Source: the human T2T-CHM13v2.0 reference genome, Homo sapiens. Taken from it: 64,000 nucleotides of DNA. This document shows positions 41,101 to 55,586 of this stretch, piece by piece; the stretch's first letter is position 1, and each line of letters begins with the position of its first letter. The notes under the pieces were generated by a model. The model worked only from the letters and a program-made list of their open reading frames with translations, was not told the DNA's origin and ran no database searches. The stretch lies in the NCBI RefSeq assembly GCF_009914755.1, contig NC_060947.1; one strand, written 5' to 3'. The position numbers were made by a program, and so were the translations under genes.

Positions 41101-42759
41101 TCACAATGAAGTCTTGCACTTAAAACTCTTATGAGAGACTACAGTTAAGCCCATTCCACAGACCAGAAAACTGAGGGTCAGGAGAACTTTGCCCACAATG
41201 TCTGCAGCAGGGGGAAACTTGAACTACATAGTCTAGTTTCTGACCTTCTCCCTCTCAGCAAACCAGATAAAATGGCCATGAGCACAAACACAAAGAGGAT
41301 TCTCTTAGAGCCAGAGCTGGCACTCTAGGCTGCCTCCTCTGGCAGGTGGCAGGTACAGGTGACCTGGTCTTGCATTTCCTAGTTTAGGAAGAAATCCCTG
41401 CTCCTGATGCCTCCCCTTCTCTCATTACCTAGGAGATTCCTGAGGAGCCAAAGCTACATGACCACCTAAATGCTGCAAATCTGTTTTCTTTCCCAGAATG
41501 ACTGACCTGGCATTGAAAAGCATCTGTATATGTGGGGGTAATCTCAGCATGACTTTGACCAACCTGACTCCATGAGGGTGTCTTCTCTTGGCTCCTTTTT
41601 TTTGGCCTTTGCTGTCTACAGCTACTCCAATAGGAGTCAGGTCCAATTGTTGGCAGGAATTGAATCCAGCTTAGGGACAATGATGATGCAGCTTTATGCA
41701 TGGAGAAAAGTGTATCTTCAAAACATTTTCTCAACTCTTAGCCTAGCTGAGCCTTTCCATCATCTAAGGGCAATACTGGATGTTTTATAAATAAAGCAAG
41801 TAAGACTCAGACAGCAGAGGGGAACGTGACTGAGACACACTGTAAGAGGCAGAGTAGCAACTGAAACTCATGTTTCTTGACCTCAAAGCCAAAGCTGAGA
41901 AATGGGCATGAGGCTGTTATAGTTAATAGTAACCCAACTGAGGCTCTGAGGATGCTGCTCCCAGGAAAGCCTGGTATTCCCCAGCTACGTGTCCCCCTGC
42001 TTCCCACCCTTCACTCAGACCCAATCTAGGGCCCTGTCTTTCCAGCTTCAGCCTTAGGTACCAAGGACCACAAAGGCTTCCCCAGGACACCATGACCTGG
42101 TTTCCAGCTTGAGGAACTCTAAAAATAGCAGGTATTCATTAGTGGGGCCAGATGACCCAAGCTGCTGTGCCTAGGGGCTAGGTTGTGGTCATTAAGGATG
42201 AGGCTGGTCTCAGACCACCACTAACCCAGGAGAGGATGGGCCACTGCCCAAAGGGATCTCCCGCTTATGCATCCTACCACTTCCCCTCACACCCTAACAC
42301 CCACAATTTAGATATCTTTGCTCTAGTCCAGACTGTTATTTCATTCCCAAGAAAGATAAACTTTAATATCCAGTGACTTTAGGCCTTCTTTGACATTGCT
42401 TCATAACCATATCACTCCACAATGGTTTGTAAGTGAACTGGGGGATGAAGGAGCAGGCTCAAGCTTTCTGCATTGATCAATCCCAATTTGTGTTTTCCAT
42501 TCTTCTGCATCTGCCTGTTAACTCACATCTGAGGGCTCTGCTCTGAACCCTGTTTACCTTACAGAGCCTGCTACAAAACATGCCATCTTGAACATCCATT
42601 TTATTACTGAGCATACTGCCCTCTCAAGTCTAATTTCAAGGTTAAAGGAGAGCCAGAGCAAACTTATGGAGGCCCACCAGCTGGGACCAGTTCCCTGTCA
42701 TGCCCACTTAGGAAAAAGTGACAGCTGGCTGGCCCTAAGGGAAGGACGTGTTCTGCATC

Positions 42760-43240
42760 AAAATATGTCCCACATGGCTGTGTGGAGCATGTGGATATGT
42801 CCCATAGGTGTGTTCAAGTGTGACTCAACACTCAAGTGTGGAGTGTTGTTTGCCCAAGTAGTCTTTAGGAGTGTGTATCTCAGGTATAGGAGTGCATGTC
42901 CTGGGTAACAGTATATCTGAGAGTGCATCTCAGCATGCCCCATATGTATGTGGGTGCACAATTGTGCCTTATATGCATCCATGTGCATTCACACATGCAG
43001 ATGCGTACAAGTATCCCTCATGTGTGTTCCTGTGTGTGTATCCTGCCTGTGCTGAGAATGTGCAAGTGTGAATATTCCTCCCATGTTTAACTGAATGTGT
43101 GTTCCAAGTGTGTTAATGTGAAAATATGTTCCAGCTGTGTGTCCCATGTGTGTCCCAAATACATCCCATGTGTCTGAGTATGTGTAAGTGTGCATCACAT
43201 ATGATCTATCATGTATGTGTATGTGAAGGTACGGGCATAG
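42760..43240. repeat. Degenerate TG/CA-rich low-complexity tract
   Basis: Dense tgtg/atgt/tgca repeats without a perfect period. Confidence 0.8.
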
Positions 43241-44224
43241 AGCATGGATAGACAGCAAAGCTGAACCAATTTTCTTCCCCATCAATTTGTTTCTAACAGC
43301 CTTCCTTCAAGTCTGGGTCAATCTGCTCTTAAGCAGGACAAAAGACCTGGGTTCAGATTTCATCTCTGTCACTTCCTGAATGTGGTAATCACAGGTGCTT
43401 TTCCCAAGAGGCTTAGCCACCCCTCATTCATCTAAAGAGCCTCACAAATGTAAGGTAAATTAGCCATTGGCTGACTAGAGAGAATAGGCAAAGATCACGG
43501 ACAAATTCTGAGACTCTGGGCAAGTTCCTGCCTCTCCTTAGACCTCAGTTTCCCCAGAAGTACACTGAAGGAACGAGCTCAATGCTTGGGTTCCTCTCAC
43601 TGTTACCCAGTCACTTCTCAGCTGAAGTACTATGGACAAACTCTGCTTGCTCCCCCCAACACCACAAAGAATCAGTGTGTAGATATGTGCACGTGGATTA
43701 GCACCTGCAGATGTCTCATCCCAGCTAGGCCCCCTCTAACCCTCAGCAAGCTATTGGTTGTCTCCCTATTCTTGTCATTCCACACTCATTTTCCCAGTGG
43801 CCTGAACCAACTGGAGTAAAAGGAATGGCATACAATCTCCACCAAAGCCCAGGCAAAATGACATGTAGTTTATCCAAATCATTCTTCCCCATCCTTTGGG
43901 ATGACCATAGAAACTGGTAATGGTAAAGAGCCTGCTTTTAGGATCAAGGCCCAGTCTTTAAGAACATGGCCAGATAAACCCACAGAGAGAAAGCGTCCAA
44001 ACTAAGTAGGTCACCAAAGACTACAGAATCTGGGGCCACTTTTCTTCATTTTGAAAGGCCTCTCATGTATCCCTGGACAATGTGATATCCAGATGAATTT
44101 ATTGTAGATCCAGTAGATGCACCAAAATACCAATTAATGGTTCAATGCCAACCTATCCAATTATCCAGTAGCATATGCCTACTTCTTTCTTCTATCTTGA
44201 TTAACTTTTGTAAAAATGCTTAGA

Positions 44225-44500
44225 GCCAGGTGTGGTGGCTCACTCCTGTAATCCCAGCATTTTGGGAGGCTGAGGTGGGTGGATCACTTGAGGTCAGGAA
44301 TTCAAGACTAGCCTGGCCACCATGGCAAAACCCCGTCTCTACTAGAAATACAAAAATTAGCTGGGCATGGTGGCGTGCAGGAGAATTGCTTGAACCTGGG
44401 AGGCGGAGGTTGCAGTGAGCTGAGATTGTACCACTGCACTCCAGCCTGGGAGACAGAGCAAGACTCCATCTCAAAAAATAAACAAACAAACAACAACAAC
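44225..44500 (+). mobile_element. Alu with internal right-arm deletion and (CAA)n tail
   Basis: gccaggtgtggtggctcac...; TSD aaaatgcttaga (44213) / aaaatacttaga (44501); the ctgtaatcccagctactc segment is missing from the right arm. Confidence 0.93.
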
Positions 44501-47500
44501 AAAATACTTAGACAGAAGCAAACTACAGAGGGAATCTTAAATGGCTTGCCTAGAGACACTTGGTACTGGTGAGTTGATAATACCTAACGCTATATACTAT
44601 GTTCTTCCTAGCTCACCACTGACTTTAAGATGCAGTACTGACCTGAGTCAATCAAAGCAATTCTCTGAGCTTCAATTTCCTTAGCCATAAAATTGGGAAA
44701 ATAATCTTGGCTTTGGCCACCTAATAGTGTAATGGAGAAAAGAACATGTGTCAGGAGCAGAAGGCTATACAGTAGTCTTTATCTTCTTGTCCTGCCCCCA
44801 GATCAGTGAGATGTTTCCAAACAAAATAATGCGAGTATAAGTGAAGAGTGTTGATTTGTTCTACACAGCTCATTGGGCAAGAACCTGCAATTTCTAAAAC
44901 AGTTTTTGATCATATCATGAAAACCCAGTAATCCATCACAAATCCTAGCCAAGGATCTAGGGGCCAAGAATTGTTTTTTAATTGCCATGTGCCTAAGTGG
45001 TTTATGGCTTGATGGACTTAAGAAGGTGCTAAATAAAAACACAATTAATTTTGGCTTTCTTCCAAGTTCCTCTTTTAACTTTGCAGGAGATGAGGAGAGA
45101 CAAAGTTAGTCTGCTCTTCATAGCAGCGAGTGTGTGACTGCATGGGAAATGGAGCTTGGGATAAATAAAAGAAAGCTTATTTAAAAACAACAACAACAAC
45201 AAAAATCAGAAAACAAAACAGCTTTCCACCAAGCACCCAAGACATGGGCCGGGTCACAGGGCCTTTCTTCTTCCAAGGGAGAGAAGTAAAAAGAGTCCTC
45301 CAAAAATGACAGACAGAAATGAGGGACAGAGACAATGGGATTTGTTCAAGGTCACACAGCAACTGACTTCACATTTGCACCTCCTTTTTACTCATGTGTA
45401 CATCTTCCATTCAACCAAATCTTTATAGAGGGCTTACTGAGTGTCAGGCCTCCACTGGGGCAGTCACCCACAGTTCTGCCTGAACTGAAAAATAACAAAC
45501 TCCTAGTTCTGTGACACTTTGCTTTCCATCACACCACACAGGTTTCCCAAACAACCCTTGAAAGACCACAGTGGCTTGCACATCTTGCAGGTCCAGGAAT
45601 TCACATCCTTGCATGGCAATGTTCTAATTCCAGCACTACTACAGATGTACTACATTTCCTGGGGCAAGTCCTTTTCTTCTCTGGACCTAGTTCCCCAGCT
45701 TCCACAATGAGGAGATTAGAATCAGGACAGCTCCAGCACCTATTTTTCTAGAAAATATAGCTGTCTGCAGTGACTTTAAGTGGCACTGTAACTTCCAGAG
45801 CTGAAGCCCAGAAGGCCAGGCTAGAAGCAGCTATGTGACAATAAGTCTTTGAACATTCTTTTTCTCACCTGTGAAATGGAGATAATCTCTGCCCTACCCA
45901 CTTCACAGGGCCACAGAGAAAATCAAGTGAGACGATGTACAAAATCCACTGAAAAGTGTAAGACTGTTCAAGAGGAGTAGTTAAGAATCAAGTGAGTACC
46001 CACTAGCCCCAGTTGCTTTCCTCTTAATCCAAGTAGAGTGTAAGTCTTCCCATGCAGTTCAGTCTAAATTTACAAGACATGAACTTCAGCTGGTTGCATG
46101 CTCCAAAGGAAATTAATAAATCCCTCAACTCCCTTTGGGTCCTAAGCACAAAGCAATCTCATCATTTTGCTTTTGTTCTAAGCCCTCCTGCCATGCAGGG
46201 CTTATCAGAGCCCCTCCTAGAGATGCCTAGCTCCTCCTCTGCCTCTATCCCAATGCCAAGGCACCTACTCCCCAGCCTTCTTGCCATCCTGCACAATTCA
46301 CAGAGGGAGGAGGGAGAGAGTGGGTGGAGGAGAGGCTGTGGGAGGTTCAGCTAAAAGTAGCTACTGCCTTTAGGCACCACACTCTGAGGGGGTGGGGGGT
46401 GGGCTCTTAGTACATCCTTCCTGCAGCCAGCTGGGCACGGAGGTACATGGCTTTCCTTTCTCTAATGAAGGCAGGCAGGCGGAGAAATCAGCTGCCAAAG
46501 CCATTCCCAGAGCTGGCTATGGATGTGCAGTGCTGGCCTCCTCTGGGCCCTGAGGGTAGATGGCCACTCACAGGGCTGCATCTACTGCTCTGCCTCAGGA
46601 GAGCTAATGTGGCCTTCAGGAGACTCTGTGTTCCCCTCATCCCCATCCTACTCCCTGGAACTCCAAGGACTACTAACAGGCCTGCTCCCTCTCCAGGAGG
46701 TTATATAAAGCTCTTGTTCTCCCAGCCTCTCGTCAGCTTGCTTTCTCCAACCAAACCTGAAAGAGCATTCAGGTCTCTGATCCAGCCAAGGGAGCATAGA
46801 GCCAGAAACCTATAGGGGAGGTAGCAAGTTACAGCAGGCAAGAGCCCTATCTAAAGAATCAGAATTCCAGAACTATCACTGCAACCTTGGACCCATCCCT
46901 TTCCCCTCCTGTGCCTTAGTTTTCTCACTTGTAAAAAAAGGAATGGGGGCAGTGTGTTGTACTAGGCACTTTAATATCTGCCCCTAAGTGATTCTCTGTA
47001 AATCCTGGCCACTTAAATGAAATACCCACCCCCATCACACAACTCTATCCAAGGATGCTCTATCTCCCCAAGCACTATGGCTGGGCTTGGCAGAGCCATC
47101 TCCACTCTTCTAATTCCAGTTCCCCTAATGACCAAAATCTGCATACGCAAGATGGTTCCCTGGAACTTTAGACTCTGTCCTCCATACCTGTCCCATGCCC
47201 ATTTCAACCAGACCATCTGTGCTTTTTCCTGTTTTATATAGAAGCTTCTGGCTAACATTCCATTTGAGAACATAGTTCTTCTACTGAAACCACTCTCATT
47301 TTAGTGACGTGGAAGCTGACGCCTAGGTGGGAAGGGCCTTGATCAAGATCTGGCAGCAAGGTAGGTACAGAGCCAGGGCTTAATCCTAGGGCTCCTAAGG
47401 CCTTTTCTTGTTTTTTCTCCTACTGCAAGTCTGCCTTCCCTATGCTATCCTTCTGCCATGCATGTACAACTTTCCTTCTTCTCTGCTACCAACACTCAAC

Positions 47501-48824
47501 CTTGGTGCTCAAAGATCAATGGCCAATTCCCATCAGGGGCCTGGAACTAGCACATAAGAGTGATAAGGGCAAGAGAAAAACTGGCCTGAACACATCCCTC
47601 TCTAAACCTTTTTTCTTCCTCCACATTGCCCCTTTTGCTCCTTTCTTCAAAGCTTCCTCCTGAATACTGCTCTATGTCAGTAAAACCCCTTTAATTCTCA
47701 GAGTCATGACTGCATCCTGACCACAGAGTCCACTATGCAGGCTATACCAGAAGCACTGCAGGATGTGGTATCAAGACGCCTAGGTTCTAGGCCACTAGAA
47801 CTACCACTACCACTAGTCACTACCACTACCTGTTTGACACTGAGTAAGCTGCTTAATCTTTATGAGCCTCACTTTCTTAACTACTTTTAGGTTTGAGGAA
47901 GAAGCCCATGAAATACATAGGAAACCTTATTTGTTGAAATTCTTATTAATAGAAGTAGTATTATTAACCAAGTGAATGGCTACTTAAAATACTGCAGGAA
48001 GGGGCTCTGAGCTGTCAAAGCAATCCATCTTTTTCAGACCTATGAGACTGGTATTATATCTATGAGAGGCAATTCTCAATTATCCATGACATATCTCTTT
48101 AATAAACAGAATCCCAAACTGGCATACCCTAGCTACTCAATTCACTGTACCACTTCCTTCCCTGTTTGGCAGCCAATGCGTGTTCATACAGTCTCCTTTC
48201 CTGCTTGGCGGCCAGTGTGTGCTCAAAGAATACAACCTAAGTTCACTTGTTCTAAAAGAAACCTAAGCCAAGTATAATTAAGAAGGCAAAACTGCTATCC
48301 TTAAAACCACTCTGTGTATTCTAAACCTGCTAAAATGGATCTCTGGATTACCTGCTAGATTTAAATAATATCTGTACTCGTGTTGATCATTAATATTAAT
48401 CACAAAATAAGCACATATTGTTGGAGCTAGAAGAAATCTTTGAAGTCATCAAATCCACCTATCCTTATTTTGCTGATGAAGAAAACCAAATTTCAGAGGA
48501 GAGAAGTAATTTGCCTGAGGTCACTAGCAAATGAGCAGAATCTTCCCCATCATTACAGCAAATGTGTAGGAACTGACTTTTTTTTTATTCCTGAAGTGTT
48601 CAAACCATCTCACAGCTGATTATTTTAAATACAATTAGGTCTCCAGACTACTCATTCCCTAGGGTTGATTCCTCCTTTTTAGAGTGAGCACAAGCCCCTG
48701 GGACTTATCGAGGCTCCCACAGTCCTAGAATAAAATTTCACCATCTGTGAAGCTTGCCTAGTCACATGTGTGATAAGTCAGACAGGCTGAGCTAACATTT
48801 CCTATGAAGCATTCCATAGCAGTC

Positions 48825-49000
48825 ATTCTCACCCCTGGCTGAACATTCCCATCACCTCAGGGAACTCTTAGAAAAATATTGATGCCAGGAAACCACTATG
48901 ATCAACTCAATCAGATCTCTCCCAAAGATTCTAGGAATTGTTGTTACTCTTAATATTCCAGGTGATTCCGATGTGCAGCCAGTGCTGAGAACCACTGGGT
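48825..49000. mobile_element. MER5-like DNA transposon relic
   Basis: cagtcattctcacccctggctgaacatt...ccaggtgattccgatgtgcagccagtgctgagaaccactg. Confidence 0.7.
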
Positions 49001-49892
49001 TAATGGAAACAATTAAGCAAAACAACAAGAGAAACATACACAAAGAATTTCCGGAACTCTTTGAGCACAAAATATATTCTGTTTTAAAGCTAAATCCATT
49101 ATGTCCTGCTTTTTCAAAGAGGAGAAAGTAATACACAGAAACTACAGTTGTAGTACTGACCCTCAGCCAAGTTCTGAACCCAGTTTAGAAACATTTGCAT
49201 TGTAGGCACAGAAAGAAAACAAGAAGCTCTGGAGCCTGCAACCAGATTTACCATGAGTAAGAGGCCAAGTAACTTATACTGCTTTTTCTGATGGGGCTAT
49301 CAGTTTGGCAGATGCTTGCTATGAACCTAGCATATCTTGATGCCCACAAAGCATACAACAAATCTATCGTGCTATGTTATTCACATTAACACCCTGGTAG
49401 GATAAATGCTGGCACAACCAGGTGCAGTCTGCACTGGTTGACCAGATACATACAAAAATTAACAAGTCCCAACTCCAAGAGGGGCTCTGGTGAGGTGACA
49501 GAAGAGCTAGCATTAATCATATCATAGTAAACATTTCTTTGAATCAACGACTCGAATGCCATTTATTTGGTGTTCAAATAATGCAACACTAGAAGAGGCT
49601 GCTAACCTGTTGTGTGACATGAAGAAAAAAAATAAAAACCTCCCAAAGGCTAGAACAATAGTCCAACCAAACAAATAGAATTTAACTGATGCAGTGCTAG
49701 AAGGGACTGCTAATTTGTAGCACAGCATGAAGAAAAAATTTTAAAATCCACAGAAAGCTAGAATAATGGACCAACATGTCAAGATAAAATGTAGCAAGTT
49801 TGGTTCAAAAAACCCTGAAGTGGCCAACTTCACAAGAGAGTAGAGGACTGGACTAGACAGTAAATGGTTTGGACCTACATGCTCAAAAGGCT

Positions 49893-50083
49893 AACTCTTA
49901 ACCCTGGCTGCACATTTGAATCACCTTAGGGAACTTTAAATTAAAAAAATAAATAAATAAAGCTCCCTGGGATCTAGCCCATGAAAATTAAATCAGAATC
50001 TTTCAGATAGGGGACCTGGCATGGGTATTTAAAAAAAAGCTTCCCAAGTGATCTGAATGTTCAGTGAGGGTTGAGAATCAGTA
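49893..50083. mobile_element. MER5-like DNA transposon relic
   Basis: ctcttaaccctggctgcacatttgaatcacct...cccaagtgatctgaatgttcagtgagggttgagaatca. Confidence 0.7.
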
Positions 50084-50440
50084 GAAGGCTGCATTATTAG
50101 ACATTTCACAGACAAAACAAAGTTCTTTTGCACTTGATCTCAGTCAGGTGGCACCTAGAGTAGCATGAACAGTTCTAGGCAGCAGATTTTTAAAGAAATA
50201 TAGAAAAATAAGTGTGCTTCAAAGAGAAGAACAATTGTATTAAAACTACAGTTCCTTGAAAACATTCTGTATTTTAGGCTTCAGCAATTCACACTGGCCT
50301 CTCACCTTGAAGATCCCAAATAGTGAGTTTTCATAAAACTAAACAGAACTCTTTGATGCATATTCAAGACAAAAAGGCATTTTATAGAATGAAAATTCTG
50401 AGCAAAAGTGCTATACAAATGAAAGTTATTAAAAATGTGA

Positions 50441-50804
<364 letters not shown>

Positions 50805-53800
50805 CTCCCTCCCTACATTCAACATCACACTAGTTAGGAATGACCAACTCTGACTCTCCTCTCTATTTGAAAGGCAGACCCACTCCCATCCCAACAATCT
50901 TGCTGACCTTTACTTTCCTCATCTGTAACACTGGGAATTACAATCATCTCTACCCACTTCACAAGGCTGATGTGATGCTCAAGTTAGAAAGGATGTGAAA
51001 TTCCTTCATAAACGCTATAGGCCCGTGCACTGATAAGGAGTTATTAGTATTGTCATTACTGGACTGCTTCCTGAGCCTTCTCTCCCCTCTATGTTCTTCC
51101 CCTTCTAGTTTTTCCTCTTTGTACTTTCGTGCTAGAGCAAAGTACAATAAACTAAATACTCTATGGAGCTAGATCCACCTAAGACAGAAGGAGACACTCT
51201 GAGCAGATACTGGAGAAGCTAAACCTTCATCAAGGATTCTTGGAAAGCCAGAGACTCAGTTGGCCTAGAACAAGTTGCAGAGCTGGAAATAAGAGCTAGA
51301 GAGTCCAAGATTCCCCTCCTCCATCCCATTTCTTGGGGCAAAGCCACTGGAGCAAGATCCAGATGCCTTGTAGGAGGTCTTCTGAGGAGGCAGTTATTTT
51401 GGGAGAAAAGGCTCAATTCTTATATCCCTGCCCAGAGCAAGCACTCTGCAGGTCAAGGGACCAGAAACTGAGATGGCAGACAAAGGCTAAAGAGGAAGAC
51501 ATGCTTTGTTACCATCCTTCAAACCACCAGACTGTGCCCTCTGGTTGCTCTCAATCTGGGCCTTACCTCAAGGGCAGAAGAGCACCTCACCTACAGCCTT
51601 TTTGGGATCTTTCAGCTCCCTAGTAGCTGAATCACACACACACCGGTGGGTGAGAGTCTCTGAGCCAGGGTCCAAGCCCTGTTTACCAGCTCCATTATCA
51701 AACTTGCTCTTTCAACTTGTCCAGCCTCCCCCGTCAGAAACTACTACACCAAAACCACAGAAAGAAAAATTCCCAAATTCTATAAAGCTAGGCTGATCAG
51801 GATTCCCCAAGCCACAGACAAAATTGGGGCACACTGCACAAGCACACTGCAGGTTCTGACAGATGGAGGCTGTCTCAATGGAAGAAGAATGCTGTTCAGT
51901 TTGTTCCCACCAAGATATCACTTCACCCCCTCCCTGATGCAGCCAAAAGTTAGGGTGAAAAAAATTGTTTTTTCAGGACCGGCAGAGCTTCTGGCACTAA
52001 AGCTAGGCAGTAAAATGGCACAGTTAATCTTAAGGAGATGGGACTGACTAGAAAGGAATTTGAAACCAGGAGTTTTCTAATAAATAATCTCATAGCTGGA
52101 CGAGGCTAGGCTCTACATGTCTGCTGTGGACATGTTTCCGAGGCATTTGCAGGAAATTGGGATTCTGTTCTTTCTTTGTTCCCTCCCCAAAAGCATCTCT
52201 CCAAGTCCCACTAGGCTCTAGTCCCCTTTTTCTAGAGTTATTGGTGCCTGGGCCTTTAAAGGGTGGGCTCTGGAGCTCAGTGGGTGCTCAGTGATACAGG
52301 GGTTGCTAGGATACCAGTAGAGGGCATTTTCTTTAATTCTTTGATGGGGATCCAGGAGCGAAAATCCCTAAGCTGGGATTTTGCCCCTCCTACATGGCAA
52401 AAGCTTATCCTCTACTCAAAGGGGCCAGAGAGGAGGGAAGGGAATGGAGGAGCTTTATTGGGAAAAGTTGGGACAAATCAGAGAGGAAAAGTCCTCTTCT
52501 CTTTTTTACTTCTCACCCATTTACAGTGGGGAGGTGGGAGGAGGAGGTGGTGTCAGGGGTGGGAAGAAAGGAAGAAGGAGAAAGATTAAGAGAGAAGGCA
52601 GAGGAGGAAGGAAAAAAGAAGACAAGTCAAAATGCATAGGGTTCCGCTTCTCTGGGCTGCATTTCTCATTTTCTCCCACTCTTTTCTCTTTTTGCTAGAG
52701 AAAAATATCCTCACAAGTCTGAAGCAGAAATGCCAAACCTTTAGGATTCACACAAGTAAAAAGTCACACTGCTACCTTTTGTTCTCTACTCTCAAATTCC
52801 CTTCTGGTTGCTAGATGGTGGCCTGCCATCTGGCTAGCAACATCCCTTTATTTGCCTGGAGACAATTTTAAAAGCGCTAACCCATTTCAACAGCTAAATT
52901 ACTAATGGAAGGGCTCATTCAAGACACCTCCTTAGCCTGAGGGGTTTTAGGTGGTGAAAAGAGGAATGGCATGGGTGATACCCATCCATCCCAGCATTTG
53001 TGAAATCCTTATAGGTCCTAGCACAAGGAGGCTATTCAGAACTGTGGAACTCAATACTGTCTTTCTTCATTCCTACCACCACACCCCGCATCCACACTCA
53101 GGAGTGTGCTCCCCCCCACACACCCCCATGAACATACTGCCACACACCCTACACACACACATACATTCCCAGAGGCTTTCTGCCAAAGGTCTGTCAGGCT
53201 CACAGAGGAGAAGGCATTTCGTGACACTATTTAAGTCATAAACCTAGATCAAAGACTAGTCTCAGAGACCCCTTCTCCCCTTGGGGGAAAAAAAGTCAAA
53301 AAGCATTCCCTTATTGCTGTCCCAGTTTCCTTCCCAAATAACTAGGCAAAAAAAACCCCTTCGCTTAAACTTGTTATCCAGGCTGTAGTACCAGATATCC
53401 TTCCCCTCCTCCCATCACCCTTTGATTAACATTTTCTTTTCCTTTTCACTTGTCTTTCCAGCTCATCCCCCCCACCCCCCACAACTTCAAGTGTCTAGGG
53501 GTCATAAAATCATAAAATGCAAGAACTTGGAAGTCACCTAGTGGAGCCATCAAAAAATGCCAATGTTACTGGGAATCCCAAACCCACCGAGGAGGAAAAA
53601 AATTGTCCAAGGTCAAACAGCTGCTGAATGGAAAAAACAAAAAACAAAACAAAACAAAACAAAAAAACAGGTCTGCAGCTGCCCAGCATAGAGCCATTCC
53701 CCACTCTCCAACACTGTATCAAAACAAAGTGCCCAGAAAAGATATAAGCTTACTTTAAATAATACAATGAAGCTAAGGGGGGAAAAAAACTCACTAAATT

Positions 53801-55577
53801 ATCTTTGCAAAGAAATAGGTTCTCAGTTCCATCCAGGGGGTCTCCACAAACGGACCAAAGAGTAATTAATAAGAACCAATGCCAGCAAACCTCCCAGATC
53901 ATGTTTACACCATGGTACTAATCTCACAAAAACCTCAGCTTCTCACCCACACCAAGTCAAGGATAGCATGCTTTGAGGCCCAAAACACCCTCTGACGCCA
54001 TTAAATAATACTCTCTGGGTCCTGTGGCCAAGACAATTTCAAAGGCCCCCTTCACAGCCCCTCTCCTTTCATAATCATTTCCAAAGAGACTGAACAACCG
54101 GACATGGAACTTGACAGCATAATGCCAGCAGATTTGCACATCAGACATGAACAGCCACCCACATGGGTGGAGGGGGAGCATGTGTGTAGATGTGTATGTG
54201 TCCTGATTCACTGCTATAATACATGAGCCATAAATGGCATTATTTCAAGCCAGGTAAGCAATGGAATGGGGAAAGCCTGCCTACATTAACAGGGGAGAAA
54301 GAAAATCAAAACGCAAAAAAACAAGTATTATACAGACTGGCATGAGACATTTTTTTTCCTGGCTCTGCCAAGAGCTTTCTCAGAGGAAACAGAAATATAA
54401 AAATAATAGCAATAGCAATAACAACAGAAACCACCACCACCATCTGATACAGACAAGCAGTCATATCTCAAACTGGAATGTTGCTTCCAGCTCATGTTTT
54501 CCATGCTCTCATCCCTTTCCTTCTAGACGTTTTTGGGTTTTGGTGGTCAAATTTAGCACCAAAATTTGATAACTCTTAATTTAGCACATTACAGACTTTC
54601 AGTTTGTTATGGGAATGTTTCAATTACAGAGACCTCTGATCTTAAAGTAACAAACGGGAGCAAACAATAGCATCACCACTTTCTCATCAGCCTTATCAAG
54701 TTACATTTAAAATGTAGTTCAAGAACATCATTGCAAACGAGATTATCCCAAAGGAGCCATATCCAAATACTATTATTCCCAAGGTGGATAAAGAGCTGTT
54801 TTTTCTTTCTTGTGGGGTTTTTTTTTTTTTTTGATGAGACAAACAAAATCCCCAAACTCAAATCCAGGGGTACAATCTTTGGGAAAGGGAGCCCAAATAG
54901 CTCCTGTCAAAGTCCTCTCTTGCCAGTTCAAAAAATCAGAGAATGCTTTCACATACTATTTCATGATTCCAAGGAAATTGACATTTTAAATATCTTAAAG
55001 CTTTAAGGTTCAAGAAGTGTTTTAAATGTGGCTTCTTTCAAAATTGAAAATTGTGAACCCTGGAGAGCAAATTGAGATTCAAAGGACACAGTCACCAACT
55101 GCCAGCACAACACACCCGTGTCACTTCCCAAATTCTTGCTTCTCCTTAGACACTAAAGAAGCATTTTCCCTAAATCCATTCCTTGCATCGATTATTTTCC
55201 CTCTAAATATCCACTGCAAAGACTGTCTTTCCTATGATGTCAAATATTCATCATGCTCTTCCACAAACCCTTTTCCCCTCAAACAAACCCAAATGCACTC
55301 CTGATGGCAAGAGAGAAATTTTGACTAAAATTCCCTGATGGAGTTTAAAGGTAGTCTTCAAGGAAATGAGTTAAGACACCACAGACAGCAAAGCCACTGT
55401 TTAAGGACGCAGAGCTTGCTCCATGAACGCCACATAGATTAAAAATGCACACACGCATGCACACTTAAATAGAAAGCATTTCTTCATCAACAATTTCACT
55501 CAAGCAATAGGCAACTATACGCGCAGGCATTCTTAAAAGACAAGACACGACAAAAGATTTAGGGAGAGATAATATAC

Positions 55578-55586
55578 CAACGTCAT
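55578..55586 (-). CDS. ARHGEF9: Collybistin start exon CDS (Met-Thr-Leu)
   Basis: ATG ACG TTG|GTATAT. Splicing to 25981 gives [11 protein letters not shown]..., the collybistin N-terminus. This numbering places the Gly of EEGWF at residue 55 and the Arg of QMRAN at residue 104, consistent with the disease positions G55 and R104 as I recall them. Confidence 0.9.
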
